Assembly: GCA_963666515.2 (NCBI GenBank)
Contig: OY762897.2
Location: 2,176,001 to 2,240,000 of the forward strand
DNA from: Candidatus Binatia bacterium
Lineage (GTDB): Bacteria > Desulfobacterota > Binatia > UBA9968 > JAJDTQ01
Reading direction: 5' to 3'
DNA length: 64,000 bases
Numbering within the stretch: position 1 is the stretch's first letter; every line of letters begins with the position of its first letter. Positions 47,151-58,088 of the stretch are shown here, in pieces. Made by a program: the position numbers and the translations under genes. The notes under the pieces are model-generated. The model had not been told where the DNA came from. It searched no databases and saw nothing but the letters and a program-made list of their open reading frames with translations.

Positions 47151-47483
47151 TCATCCGTTACCTGCCTGGTCCTTCCACCAGGGGTCGATGAAGACGTTCA
47201 TGATGCCGCCGCACACCGCCGGGCTGTCGGACGAGATGTCGTCCAGCAGGTCCACGCGCACGGTGCGGGGCTTGCGGGTGCGCACCACCTCGATGGCCTC
47301 GCGCCGGACGTCGGCCTCGCCGCAGCCGCCGCCGATGGTGCCGAGGATCTCGCCCCACGCCGTCACCACCATCTTGGCCCCCACCTCCCGGGGCGTCGAG
47401 CCCTTGGTGGAGACGATGGTGGCCACGGCCACGGTCTCGCCCTTGTCGAGGAATTCCTTGACGTCGTCGTAGATGTCTTCCAT
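47151..47483 (-). CDS. XdhC/CoxI N-terminal domain protein
   Basis: GSTPREVGAKM, GTIGGGCGE, VCGG motifs. Confidence 0.88.
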   Translation of the reverse strand: MEDIYDDVKEFLDKGETVAVATIVSTKGSTPREVGAKMVVTAWGEILGTIGGGCGEADVRREAIEVVRTRKPRTVRVDLLDDISSDSPAVCGGIMNVFIDPWWKDQAGNG

Positions 47484-47504
47484 CAATGCCTCCTTGCGGC
47501 GCGC

Positions 47505-48725
47505 CTACGCCACCAGCCTGCGCATGGTGTGGCCGAGATGGACCAGGCTGTTGGCGTTGTGGGCCGACAGGAACAGGTCCAGGTACGGCAGCGCCGCCTG
47601 CATGCCCTTGCACAAGGGCTCGTAGTTTTCGCTGGCCAGCAGCGGATTGAGCCAGATCATCTTGCCGCAGCGCCGCTTCAGCGCCTGCATCTGCCGCTCC
47701 AGCACTCCCACGTCGCCCCGGTCCCAGCCGTCGCTGATGATGACCACCACGGTGCGGTGGGTGACCATGCTGACCGCGAAGTCGCGGTTGAAGATCTCCA
47801 GCGAGCGGCCGATGTTGGTGCCGCCGGACCAGCCCAGCACGCTCTTGGAGATCTTCTCCAGGGCGTTGCCGATGTTCTTGGTGCGGATCAGGTGCGTGAT
47901 GCGGCTCAGGGTGGTGCTGAAGACGAAGGTCTCCACCCCCCAAAGCTCGTTCTGCAGCCCGTACATGAACTGGATGAGGAAGCGGCTGTAGCAGTCCATG
48001 GAGCCGCTCACGTCGCACAGCAGCACCACCCGGGTTTTCTTGATGCGCCGCTTGCGCGCCACCAGCTCCACCAGCTCGCCGCCGTACTTGATGTTGCGGC
48101 GCATGGTGCCGCGCGGGTCGATCTCGGTGCCCCGGCGCGCGCGCTTCTTGCGCCGGCTCACCTGGGTGGCGATCTTGGAAGCGATGAGCAGGATGGCCTG
48201 GGTCACGGCCCGGCTCTCCTCGATGCCCATCTCGCTGAAGTCCTTCTCGTTGAGCTGCTCGTTGGGGCTGTAGGTGGGCACCATGAGCGGGTCGGGGTCG
48301 TTGGGGCTGTCGTCGCTGGCGCCCTCCTGCTCGGTCAGGGTCTCCTCCACGGTGCCGTCGCCGTCGTCCGACGAGTCCAGCGCCTCGTCCGGGCTCTGGG
48401 CCGGGACCTCCATGGTCTCGATGCCCTCTTCGATCTCCATGTCGCCCTGCCAGAAGGCCTCGAACACCTGGTCGAACAGCTCGATGTCCTCGTGGTCGTG
48501 GAGCAGGTTGGCGGCCAGCGCCCGGTGGAAGTCCGGGCGGCTCTGGATGTCGATGAGCGGCAGCGAGCGGTTGGCGTCGATGACCTGGCTCAGCCCCAGG
48601 CGGAATCCCAGGTCCTTCAGCACCCGGCCGAACATGAGCATGTTCGCCAGCGTGCCCTGGCCGCGCAGGGGCTTGTAGCGCTCCACCGCGTGGATGATCT
48701 GTTCGTCGGTCAGCTCTCTCGCCAT
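47505..48725 (-). CDS. vWA domain protein, CoxE-like
   Basis: CDVSGSM MIDAS, WSGGTNIG, ISDGWD, IWLNPL motifs. Confidence 0.9.
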   Translation of the reverse strand: MARELTDEQIIHAVERYKPLRGQGTLANMLMFGRVLKDLGFRLGLSQVIDANRSLPLIDIQSRPDFHRALAANLLHDHEDIELFDQVFEAFWQGDMEIEEGIETMEVPAQSPDEALDSSDDGDGTVEETLTEQEGASDDSPNDPDPLMVPTYSPNEQLNEKDFSEMGIEESRAVTQAILLIASKIATQVSRRKKRARRGTEIDPRGTMRRNIKYGGELVELVARKRRIKKTRVVLLCDVSGSMDCYSRFLIQFMYGLQNELWGVETFVFSTTLSRITHLIRTKNIGNALEKISKSVLGWSGGTNIGRSLEIFNRDFAVSMVTHRTVVVIISDGWDRGDVGVLERQMQALKRRCGKMIWLNPLLASENYEPLCKGMQAALPYLDLFLSAHNANSLVHLGHTMRRLVA

Positions 48726-48750
48726 GTTGCAGTCCGGCCCGACTACGGAG

Positions 48751-49683
<933 letters not shown>

Positions 49684-49762
49684 GCGTATCCCTTCTTCGC
49701 GGTCGGTCGAGTGATTTTTGATTGCGGTTCGGGCGCGCCGGCGGCCCCACGGCCTGCGGCGG

Positions 49763-50095
49763 CTACTTGTTCTCGGCGAGCTGCCGCTTCCACCCCAGGG
49801 TCCTGGCCTTGGCGCCGACGGCTTCAGCCTCGTCGATCATCCCCTTGCGCTGGTAGAAGATGGAAAGGCTCGTATAGGCCAGCTCATCGTCCGGGCTCAC
49901 CTCGATCAGGCGCTTGCCCACCTCGATGGCCTCGTCCAGGCGGTCGATGTTCGCGTACGCCATCCCCAGGGCGTGCAACGCGTCGGCGTAGTCGGGGTCC
50001 TCGGCCAGAGCCTTCCGGTAAGACTCGATGGCCTCGTCCACCCGGTCGTCGGCGTACGATTCCATGCCCTGGATGTAGTGGTCCTCTTTAGTCAT
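49763..50095 (-). CDS. Tetratricopeptide repeat protein
   Basis: Repeated EA...Y.KAL...P....A...LG TPR pattern. Confidence 0.8.
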   Translation of the reverse strand: MTKEDHYIQGMESYADDRVDEAIESYRKALAEDPDYADALHALGMAYANIDRLDEAIEVGKRLIEVSPDDELAYTSLSIFYQRKGMIDEAEAVGAKARTLGWKRQLAENK

Positions 50096-50240
50096 CGGGC
50101 TTCACCCAATGGACCTAATCTGTATTACGAAATCGTGATATTCTCAACCGAACGCGGACAGGCTGCCCCGGCCGGTTCTCCCGCGCCGATAACCCGTTGC
50201 GCGGGCACACCCTGAAGCACAAAACCCGGAGGACTTCATC

Positions 50241-51338
50241 ATGGCGGAAGCCGCAACTCTCGACGAAATCAAGGACCGCATCCGCAAACGCGTGGGCAAG
50301 CGCAGCCCCTTCCACCTGATGGACCCGGCGGAAGCTGAAGGCGCGCTCGTCGACCTGACCAGCCTCGAACCCGACGCCTGGGCGGAAGCCTGGAGCAAGG
50401 CCGGTGCGCGCTGGGAAGAGACCGCGAAGGAGGCGGAGGAGAAAGGAAACGCCGATGAGGCCGAGGCCGCCTACTTTCAGGCCGCCGCCTGGTACGGCGC
50501 CGCCCGCCACCCCTTTCCCAGCTCACCCGGCAAGCAGGAAGCCTATCGCAAGACCATCGAGAACTATCTCGCCGCCTCGCGCTACTTCGACCCTCCGCTG
50601 GAGCGCATCGCCCTGCCCCTGCGCGACAAGGAGGTCATCGGCTACCTGCGCCTACCGGCCAAGCGGCCCGCACCCGTCATCATGCACTGGGGCGGCATCG
50701 ACAACTGGAAGGAGGAGCGGCACAGTTTCGTGGAGTCCATGCTGGCTGAGGGCTGGGGCTGCTTCATCATGGACAGCCCAGGCACCGGCGAGTCCCCGGT
50801 GCTCGCCTCCGACACCGCCCACGAGGTCTATACCACGGCGCTGGACCACCTAGTGACGCGGCCGGAGGTGGACGCGGCCCGCATCGCCGCCTTGGGCGCG
50901 AGCTTCGGCGGCTACTGGTCCACCAAGCTGGCCCACGTGGAGCCCGAGCGCCTTCGTGCAGCGGTCAACTGGGGCGGCGGCATCCACGGGTTCTTCCAGC
51001 CCGAGTGGCAGCAACGCTCCCGCAACGCTTCCTCATACCTGTTCGACCTCATCGAGGCCCGCGCCAACCTGTTCGGCAAGAGGACCTTCGACGAGCTTTG
51101 CGAGGTCATGCCCATCCTCTCCCTCAAGGACCAGGGCCTGCTCGACAAGCCCTGCGCGCCCATGCTCCTGGTAAACGGCAAGGACGACCTCCAGGTCCCC
51201 ATCGAGGACTTCTTTATGCTCCTGGAATGCGGCAGCCCCAAGGCCATGCGCCTGTTCCCCGGCGGCCACATGGGCGAGTCGCCGGACGTATTTCCGACGA
51301 TCCTGAGGTGGCTGCACCGAGAGCTGGATGGGGAGTAA
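50241..51338 (+). CDS. Alpha/beta hydrolase (FrsA / dihydroxypseudooxynicotine hydrolase-like)
   Basis: GGIDNWKEE, DSPGTG, GASFGG nucleophile elbow, GKDD, GHMG motifs. Confidence 0.82.
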   Translation: MAEAATLDEIKDRIRKRVGKRSPFHLMDPAEAEGALVDLTSLEPDAWAEAWSKAGARWEETAKEAEEKGNADEAEAAYFQAAAWYGAARHPFPSSPGKQEAYRKTIENYLAASRYFDPPLERIALPLRDKEVIGYLRLPAKRPAPVIMHWGGIDNWKEERHSFVESMLAEGWGCFIMDSPGTGESPVLASDTAHEVYTTALDHLVTRPEVDAARIAALGASFGGYWSTKLAHVEPERLRAAVNWGGGIHGFFQPEWQQRSRNASSYLFDLIEARANLFGKRTFDELCEVMPILSLKDQGLLDKPCAPMLLVNGKDDLQVPIEDFFMLLECGSPKAMRLFPGGHMGESPDVFPTILRWLHRELDGE

Positions 51339-51342
51339 GGAG
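51279..51342 (+). repeat. Left copy of a diverged 64-nt direct repeat (3' end of the hydrolase gene)
   Basis: 50/64 nt identical (hand alignment) to 55103-55166. Confidence 0.8.
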
Positions 51343-51363
51343 CAGCGGCGCGCCGCGAAGGCC

Positions 51364-52995
51364 ATGCGTTCATTCAACACCACGGGGCCGGTGCGTCCGG
51401 AGGAGCACTACTGCATTCCGCCGCTCCAGCGACTCGACCTGGACGGTGTGCTCGAGCTGATACGCGGAGGGCGCTACTTCGTCCTGCACGCGCCGCGCCA
51501 GACAGGCAAGACCTCGGCCATGCTGGCGTTGCGCGACCTGCTCAACGACGGCGGTGAGTTCCGCTGCCTCTATGTCAACGTCGAGGCCGCGCAAGCCTCC
51601 CGAGAGAACCTGTCCGAAGCGATGGCTACCATCCTGACGGAGTTGCGCCGCCGCGCCCGCATCACGTTTCGCGACGATGCTATGGTGAATCTCGTAGCCG
51701 GGGTCGGGGAGCGCACCGCGCCGGGCAACGCGCTGTGCGAAAGCCTCACCCTTTGGTCGGAGGCCGATCCGAGGCCGCTGGTGGTGCTCATCGACGAGAT
51801 CGACACGCTCGTGGGCGACACCCTGATCTCGGTCTTGCGCCAATTGCGCTCGGGTTACGACTCCCGACCCGGGAGCTTTCCCCAGAGCGTGGCGCTGTGC
51901 GGCGTACGCGACGTCCGGGACTACCGTCTGCGTTCGGCCGCGGGCAACGAGGTGGTGACCGGCGGAAGCGCGTTCAACATCAAGGCCGCGTCCCTGCGGC
52001 TGGGAGACTTCAGCAACAGCGAGGTGCGCGCCCTGCTCGCGCAGCACAGCGATGAGACGGGGCAAGGATTCGAGGAAGAAGCGCTGGAGACGGTGTGGCG
52101 CCAGACCCGCGGCCAACCCTGGTTGGTCAACGCGCTGGCCAACGAGGCATGTTTCCGCAGCCGGACCGGACGCGACCGCACCCGCACGGTGACGGCGGAA
52201 GCAATCCTGGACGCCCAGGAGCAGATCATCCTCCGGCGCGAGACCCACCTCGATCAATTGGCGGACAAGCTGCAGGAAGAGCGCGTGCGCCGGGTCGTCG
52301 AACCCCTCCTCAGCGGCGGGGACGAACGGCCCTTCAGCGCCCGCGATGTCGAGTACGTCCGCGACCTCGGTCTCGTCGCGGTCGATCAGCCCCTGCGCCT
52401 GGCCAATCCCATCTACGCCGAAGTGGTCCCGCGCGAACTAACCGACGCAGCCCAGGAAGGACTCGTAGAGTCCACCTCCTGGTACGTGTCCCCAAACGGC
52501 GCCCTGGACCTCGACAAGCTCATGGCCGCGTTTCAGGCGTTCTTCCGCGAACACTCCGAACACTGGGTGGAACGGTTCGATTACAAGGAGGCCGGGCCGC
52601 AGCTCCTGTTGCAAGCGTTCCTCCAGCGCATCGTCAACGGCGGCGGACGCATCGAACGCGAGTACGGCCTCGGACGCCGGCGCACCGACCTGCTCATCGT
52701 GTGGCCCGAAGCCGCCCCCGCGTCCGACCCGCCCGGGTCGAGCGGCACCGCTCCCGTGGACAGTGCCGGCCGCGCTACCCGCCGCTACGTCATCGAGTGC
52801 AAGGTGCTGCGCAGGACCCTGGAACAGACCCTCGCGGAAGGCCTGGAACAGACCGTGGACTACATGGACCGCTGCAACGCCGAGGCCGGCCACCTGGTCA
52901 TATTCGACCGCACCACAGAACGGGAATGGAACGAGAGGATATTCCGCCGGGACGAAACGCTGAACGGAAGAGCCGTGACCGTATGGGGGATGTAG
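51364..52995 (+). CDS. AAA-like ATPase with C-terminal PD-(D/E)XK-like nuclease domain
   Basis: FNTTGP, APRQTGKT, LIDEID, REYGLGRRRTDLLI...VIECK motifs. Confidence 0.82.
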   Translation: MRSFNTTGPVRPEEHYCIPPLQRLDLDGVLELIRGGRYFVLHAPRQTGKTSAMLALRDLLNDGGEFRCLYVNVEAAQASRENLSEAMATILTELRRRARITFRDDAMVNLVAGVGERTAPGNALCESLTLWSEADPRPLVVLIDEIDTLVGDTLISVLRQLRSGYDSRPGSFPQSVALCGVRDVRDYRLRSAAGNEVVTGGSAFNIKAASLRLGDFSNSEVRALLAQHSDETGQGFEEEALETVWRQTRGQPWLVNALANEACFRSRTGRDRTRTVTAEAILDAQEQIILRRETHLDQLADKLQEERVRRVVEPLLSGGDERPFSARDVEYVRDLGLVAVDQPLRLANPIYAEVVPRELTDAAQEGLVESTSWYVSPNGALDLDKLMAAFQAFFREHSEHWVERFDYKEAGPQLLLQAFLQRIVNGGGRIEREYGLGRRRTDLLIVWPEAAPASDPPGSSGTAPVDSAGRATRRYVIECKVLRRTLEQTLAEGLEQTVDYMDRCNAEAGHLVIFDRTTEREWNERIFRRDETLNGRAVTVWGM

Positions 52996-53182
52996 CCAGC
53001 CGGGACACGAGCCATCAAGCAAGGATATGGAACCTGTCATGAAGGAGATCGGGGTCAAGAACTTGAATGCCCGGCGCTGACACGGATCTCCGATCCCTTT
53101 TGCGGGAGCACGCTGAGCCACGAAGCGACTACACCGGAAGCCGAAAATGAGTGCCACGGAGTCTAGAAACTAGGAGTGCGCC

Positions 53183-54496
53183 ATGGATTCGGTCACCCTC
53201 AAGAATTTCCGCTGCTTTCGTGAGGAACAGACAGCTCGCTTGGCGCCACTGACCCTTCTTGTGGGTGAGAACAGCACCGGCAAGACCTCGTTCATGGCAA
53301 TGATCCGCGCGTTGTGGGATGTCGCCTACCGGCATCGAGCGCCGGATTTCAAGGAAGAGCCTTACGACTTGGGCAGCTTTGACGAAATCGCCCACCATCG
53401 AGGAGGCAGGGGCGGAAGAACTAGGGCGTTCGAGGCAGGATTCGAGGTCGCCCCGACAGTGCCCAAGGATGCGCCGGGAGGCGCCGACCGCCGCCCCTAC
53501 CGCTTCGACACGACTTTTGAATGCGTGGGCACCGCGCCGCATCCAGTGAAGTTGCGGGTCTCACGCAACGGGACCTCCGCCGAGTCCTGGCTGATGGATG
53601 ACGTTTGGGGCGGCCAATGCCAAACTCCAACGAATCAATGGGCTTATGTGCCGGGAGCGTCCGGAGTTAGAGTAGGCGACGATGTCTTGTTAGTGTCGCC
53701 CTATTATCTGACGGAGATCAACCTTTTTCCGCGGGTTCCCGAGCCGTCCTCGGACGAGATGGAATTGATCCGTGAACTCCTGGTCGGCTTTTACGGCCAT
53801 ACCATTGGGCGCCCCTATGCCAGCGCACCGGTAAGGTCCAGACCGCGCAGAACCTACGACCCTGCCCGCGTTAGCCGTGATCCCGAAGGGGACTACATCC
53901 CGATGTATCTCGCGAGCACGTACTTTCAGGAGTCGCAAACATGGGCAGGGCTCCAGGAAGCTTTGGTTCGCTTTGGAAGGGCGGCAGGCCTCTTTGACGA
54001 AATCGCGATCAAGCCTCTTGGAAAGCGAAACACCGAGCCCTTTCAGATAACAGTAAGAAAGGGAGGAAACCGGGTAAAGGGTCCGCCCCGGAACCTGATC
54101 GATGTTGGATACGGCGTTAGCCAAGTGCTCCCACTTATTACCGAACTGTTGCGTCCAGACGCACCGTCGATGTTTCTGTTACAGCAACCCGAGGTTCATC
54201 TGCATCCTAGCGCCCAAGCCGCTTTGGGGACCCTGTTCTGTCAAGTGGCCTCACGGAGACGGAAGTTAGTGGTCGAGACCCACAGCGATCACCTGCTCGA
54301 CCGGGTGCGCATGGACGTCCGCGACGGCAAAACACGGTTGAAGCCGGAGGACGTCTCCATCCTGTTCTTCGAACGTGGCGATCTGGAGGTAAACATCCAC
54401 GCTCTGCGAATCGATCAGGAAGGGAATATCCTGGATGCGCCGCCGAGCTACCGCCGGTTCTTCATGCAAGAGACCCGCCGGTCTCTGGGGCTCTGA
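53183..54496 (+). CDS. ABC/AAA-type ATPase (DUF3696-like C-terminus)
   Basis: GENSTGKTS, DVGYGVSQVLP, QQPEVHLHP, ETHSDH motifs. Confidence 0.85.
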   Translation: MDSVTLKNFRCFREEQTARLAPLTLLVGENSTGKTSFMAMIRALWDVAYRHRAPDFKEEPYDLGSFDEIAHHRGGRGGRTRAFEAGFEVAPTVPKDAPGGADRRPYRFDTTFECVGTAPHPVKLRVSRNGTSAESWLMDDVWGGQCQTPTNQWAYVPGASGVRVGDDVLLVSPYYLTEINLFPRVPEPSSDEMELIRELLVGFYGHTIGRPYASAPVRSRPRRTYDPARVSRDPEGDYIPMYLASTYFQESQTWAGLQEALVRFGRAAGLFDEIAIKPLGKRNTEPFQITVRKGGNRVKGPPRNLIDVGYGVSQVLPLITELLRPDAPSMFLLQQPEVHLHPSAQAALGTLFCQVASRRRKLVVETHSDHLLDRVRMDVRDGKTRLKPEDVSILFFERGDLEVNIHALRIDQEGNILDAPPSYRRFFMQETRRSLGL

Positions 54497-54499
54497 GGC

Positions 54500-54961
54500 A
54501 TGTGCGCCATTATTGACGCAAACGCCGCCTCGGAGGTGTTCGGATCCAATCGTCCCGAGGCTGGAGTGAAGTTCTTCGACTGGTTCTACGCAGGCAAGGG
54601 TCGCTTATTCATCGGCGGGCAACTTCTTGAGGAACTCAACCGCACGCCGGTTCGAGAGTGGGCGCGACAAGGGCTCAATTCTGGATGGCTCCGAAAGGTG
54701 CCGGATAACGACGTAAACGCCAAGACCCAACAAATCCGGGACGAGGGTCAATGCAGGTCAGATGACCCGCACGTTCTGGCCCTCGCCGTAGTGAGCGGCG
54801 CGCGGCTCTTGTACTCGAACGATGCAGACTTGCAGCAGGATTTCAAGGACAAGAATCTGATCGACAACCCACGTGGGAAGGTCTACTCGACGCGTGAGGC
54901 AACGAGCTTCCAGCAAAGTCACGCAAGGCTGCTTCAGAGGAAAGACTTGTGCCGCCCCTGA
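54500..54961 (+). CDS. PIN-like domain protein
   Basis: IIDAN, EEL, SDDPHVLALA, LYSND acidic PIN tetrad pattern; starts 3 nt after the ATPase stop. Confidence 0.72.
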   Translation: MCAIIDANAASEVFGSNRPEAGVKFFDWFYAGKGRLFIGGQLLEELNRTPVREWARQGLNSGWLRKVPDNDVNAKTQQIRDEGQCRSDDPHVLALAVVSGARLLYSNDADLQQDFKDKNLIDNPRGKVYSTREATSFQQSHARLLQRKDLCRP

Positions 54962-55102
54962 AGGGCACAACTCTATTCGATGTCGTGGGCTTCGACATCG
55001 ACCATGGGTCCACGCGTCTCGACCTCTCCACGTTGGAGACGATCTCATAGTCGGGCGTTCACGAACGCTGATCGAGTCTCTGTCACATCGGCGTTGATAC
55101 CC

Positions 55103-55166
55103 TCGCCGGATCTGTTCCGCACCGTCCTGAGGTGGCTGAACCGGCAACTTGTTGGGGAGTAAGGAG
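55103..55166 (+). repeat. Right copy of the diverged direct repeat: displaced hydrolase 3' end
   Basis: Encodes SPDLFRTVLRWLNRQLVGE* versus SPDVFPTILRWLHRELDGE*; both end TGGGGAGTAAGGAG. Confidence 0.8.
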
Positions 55167-55172
55167 ACGCCC

Positions 55173-56810
55173 CTACCCCACCTTCCCCCGCGCTTCCATG
55201 ATCTTCTTGACCACGGCTTCGACGTCCGGTTCGTCCACGAACGGCGACATGATGTAGGACTTGAGCGCGTAGATGGGCTCGCCGTAGGCGGTGCGGCGGT
55301 AACAGTCGGTGTTGGAGATGACGACGCCGCGGCCGGACATGGCCTCGGAGTGGACGTACCGGAAAATGTTCCGGTTGAACTCGTTGTGGGCCAGCAGGGT
55401 GTCGCGGAAGGCTGGGTCTTCCAACTCCTGGCGCTTGATGGCGAATGTGTCCACGCCCGGCGGATAGGCACGGAACAGGGTCACGGTGCCGAAGTTGTCG
55501 CGGTTGAGCACGGTGGTGCCCTCGCGTCCCTCCAGGTGCTCGCGCAGCAGTTGCGCCATCTCCACCATGTGTCCCAGCACCACCCGCAGGCCCTCGCGCC
55601 CGAACAGGCGGTAGTTGGCGAGGGCGGCCAGCGGCCCGGTGCCGGCCCGGGACGTCTCCAGGGTGTACATGCCGGGGCGGTGCTCGCCGAAGTGGTAGAG
55701 GTAAGGCATCTGTGCCGGGTCCCGGGCCAGTCGCTGCAGGTCGCCGCGGTCCTTCGCCAGCACCAAGCTGGAGATGTACGGCGCGAAGCCGGTCTTGTGG
55801 AAGTCCACGCCCACGGAATCCGCCAGCGACAGGTGGCGGATGCGGCGGCACGCCCCCGCCAGGGCGCGCAGGGTGCGCGGCCGGAAGCCCAGGGGGTTGC
55901 CCTCGAAGTCATAGTCGTTGAAAACCGCCCACGCCCAGCCGATGACCGCGTCGGCGTGGATGTGCGGGCGGTAGGCGAGCCGGTACTCGTCCACCAGCGT
56001 GTCCCGCAACTTCGCGACGGCCTCCAGGTCGTCGAGGCCGAACGAATCGGTGGTGCCCATGGTGGCGATGATGGCTGCGATTTTCCTGCCCTCCGACAGT
56101 GCCTTGCGCGCCGCTTCCTCCAGTTGCGCCAGATCGATCTCGTTCTCCGGAGTCGTCGGGACCGTGATCAGGCTGCGGGTTCCCAGGCCGAGCCAGCCGG
56201 CGATGTTGGCGGCGCAGTAGTGCCCGGTGTCGGACACCAGGATCACCGCCTCCCTTGACACCCCGTTCTGGATCGTGTCCGGGCACGCCTTCTCCAGCCC
56301 CATCTTCACCCCGTAGAGGGACGTGCCGGTGCCGCCGAACGTGAACACGCCGCCGGCCCGTTCCGGGTCGTAGCCGATGAGCCCGGCGGTCGTGCCCGTG
56401 GCCTCCACTTCGGCCAACGCCACCAAGCGGCTGTATTCGTCCCAGGCGACGTTGGGGTTGTACAACGCGGCCAGCAGCACGCCGATGACGCTGGGGATGG
56501 TCGGCGGAGGGATGACGTTCTGCTGCGTGCGGGGGTGGCCGAAGATGGTCATGCCCTGAAGGTAGTCCACGAGGTCGGCGGTCACAGCCTCCACCGACGA
56601 CGGCCCCTCCGGCAAGGCCGCGTTGCGCGCCTCCCCGAAGTCCCCGGCGGTCAGCGCCCCGAGTATCGGCAGGTCGGACTTCAACGCATCCACCTGGTCG
56701 AGGGCGCGCATGATGGAGTGGACGAAGTACGAATCGTGGATCGGATCGGATACCGGCTGCGGGAACGCCAGCCGAACCTTGTCCAGGATGTCGCGATAGG
56801 GTGTAGTCAT
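55173..56810 (-). CDS. Group II PLP-dependent amino-acid decarboxylase
   Basis: FTFGGTG, GTTDSFGLDD, HIHADA, ADSVGVDFHK (PLP lysine) motifs. Confidence 0.88.
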   Translation of the reverse strand: MTTPYRDILDKVRLAFPQPVSDPIHDSYFVHSIMRALDQVDALKSDLPILGALTAGDFGEARNAALPEGPSSVEAVTADLVDYLQGMTIFGHPRTQQNVIPPPTIPSVIGVLLAALYNPNVAWDEYSRLVALAEVEATGTTAGLIGYDPERAGGVFTFGGTGTSLYGVKMGLEKACPDTIQNGVSREAVILVSDTGHYCAANIAGWLGLGTRSLITVPTTPENEIDLAQLEEAARKALSEGRKIAAIIATMGTTDSFGLDDLEAVAKLRDTLVDEYRLAYRPHIHADAVIGWAWAVFNDYDFEGNPLGFRPRTLRALAGACRRIRHLSLADSVGVDFHKTGFAPYISSLVLAKDRGDLQRLARDPAQMPYLYHFGEHRPGMYTLETSRAGTGPLAALANYRLFGREGLRVVLGHMVEMAQLLREHLEGREGTTVLNRDNFGTVTLFRAYPPGVDTFAIKRQELEDPAFRDTLLAHNEFNRNIFRYVHSEAMSGRGVVISNTDCYRRTAYGEPIYALKSYIMSPFVDEPDVEAVVKKIMEARGKVG

Positions 56811-56822
56811 GAAACGGAGTCC

Positions 56823-57314
56823 TCACCTGTCAGGAAGCGGGACCCAGCGCGAGAAGGTGGCGGCCTGTCCCTGCTTGACGCCGTGCTCGTCGAGCACGTT
56901 CCACACGGTGGCCTGCTTCACCAGGAAGCGCCGGCCGCTTTTCGATATGCGCACGCCCTCGTAGTCGGTGACGAAGCCGTGCTCGGCCGCCTGACGGAGC
57001 ATCCGGGCGCGCTCGGTGCGGTTCACGGGCTCCGCGGTCAGACGCGACGGAGTGGCCGTCAACTCCGGCCAGGTCATTTCCCACAAGAGCAGCGCCTGCC
57101 GATTGCCGTAGTTGAGGACAGGGTCTTCCGCGTTGGCGTGGGACACCACCACGAAAGGAGCAAAGAAGAGCCTCCGGCTTTGCTCGTCCAGGGTGCCGGT
57201 CCGCTCGACCAGATCACGTTTCAACCAGAACGCGTAGCTGTCCAGGAGCCGGCGTATCCAGGTGAGTTCCATGGCCGGCATCGGCTGTGGCAGGCATTCG
57301 GACGGCTCCTTCAT
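56823..57314 (-). CDS. MEKHLA domain protein
   Basis: APFVVVSH, DPVLNYGN, PSRLTAE, YEGVRISKSGRRF, GQAATF motifs; start uncertain. Confidence 0.85.
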   Translation of the reverse strand: MKEPSECLPQPMPAMELTWIRRLLDSYAFWLKRDLVERTGTLDEQSRRLFFAPFVVVSHANAEDPVLNYGNRQALLLWEMTWPELTATPSRLTAEPVNRTERARMLRQAAEHGFVTDYEGVRISKSGRRFLVKQATVWNVLDEHGVKQGQAATFSRWVPLPDR

Positions 57315-57452
57315 ATCCGGCTTCAATCTATGCTTGGACCACCGACCGGTCAAACGGTTCCCCAGGACCTGCCGATCCCGCGCGGCAATGCGGACATTTG
57401 CAGAAAATCGGTGAAATGCCATAAACCGGGCAGCAGAAAGGAGCGGACGGCG

Positions 57453-58088
57453 ATGATCACTCTCTACAGCAAGGCGACCTCCAACGGCCGCAAGGCATCC
57501 ATCATGTTGGAGGAGTCGGGGCTGGACTACACGGTCAGGCCCATGGCCCTGGAGAACATGGAGCAGAAGGAAGACTGGTACTTGGCCATCAACCCCAACG
57601 GACGGATTCCCTGCATTGTGGATGACGACGGCCCTGAAGGCGCGTCCGTCACCGTGTTCGAGTCCGGCGCCATCCTCATCTATCTGGCGGAGAAGTCGGG
57701 ACGGCTCCTGCCCCAAGAACCCGCCGCCCGCATGGAAGCGCTGAACTGGCTCTTCTTCGCCTCCGGCCACATCACCCACACGGGCCTTGGCGTCCACTGG
57801 CAGATACGCTGCCGCGACGCCGGCGAAGAGCACGCCCATCTGGGCGTCTGGCAGACGGAGAACAACCGGGTCTATGGCGTGCTCAACCGGGGGCTGGAAG
57901 GCCGGGATTATCTGGCGGGGGACTACTCCATAGCGGATGTGGCGGCCTACCCCTGGACCTACCGCTGGGAGATGCAGGAAATCGACCTCGACAGCTATCC
58001 CAACGTCCGGGAGTGGCTGGGCCGTGTCGGCGCCCGGCCGGCGGTGCAGCGGGGGTTGCAGATTCCGCCGCGGGACGACGGACTTTGA
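57453..58088 (+). CDS. Glutathione S-transferase (YfcG-like)
   Basis: TSNGRK, NPNGRIP, FESGAILIYLA, YSIADVA motifs; AGGAG RBS. Confidence 0.9.
   Translation: MITLYSKATSNGRKASIMLEESGLDYTVRPMALENMEQKEDWYLAINPNGRIPCIVDDDGPEGASVTVFESGAILIYLAEKSGRLLPQEPAARMEALNWLFFASGHITHTGLGVHWQIRCRDAGEEHAHLGVWQTENNRVYGVLNRGLEGRDYLAGDYSIADVAAYPWTYRWEMQEIDLDSYPNVREWLGRVGARPAVQRGLQIPPRDDGL

Noticed and set aside
54962-55097. Possible RelE-like toxin remnant (LHVGDDLIV...SLSHRR*)
   Set aside because: Similarity is weak and short, with no start; cannot be supported by eye.
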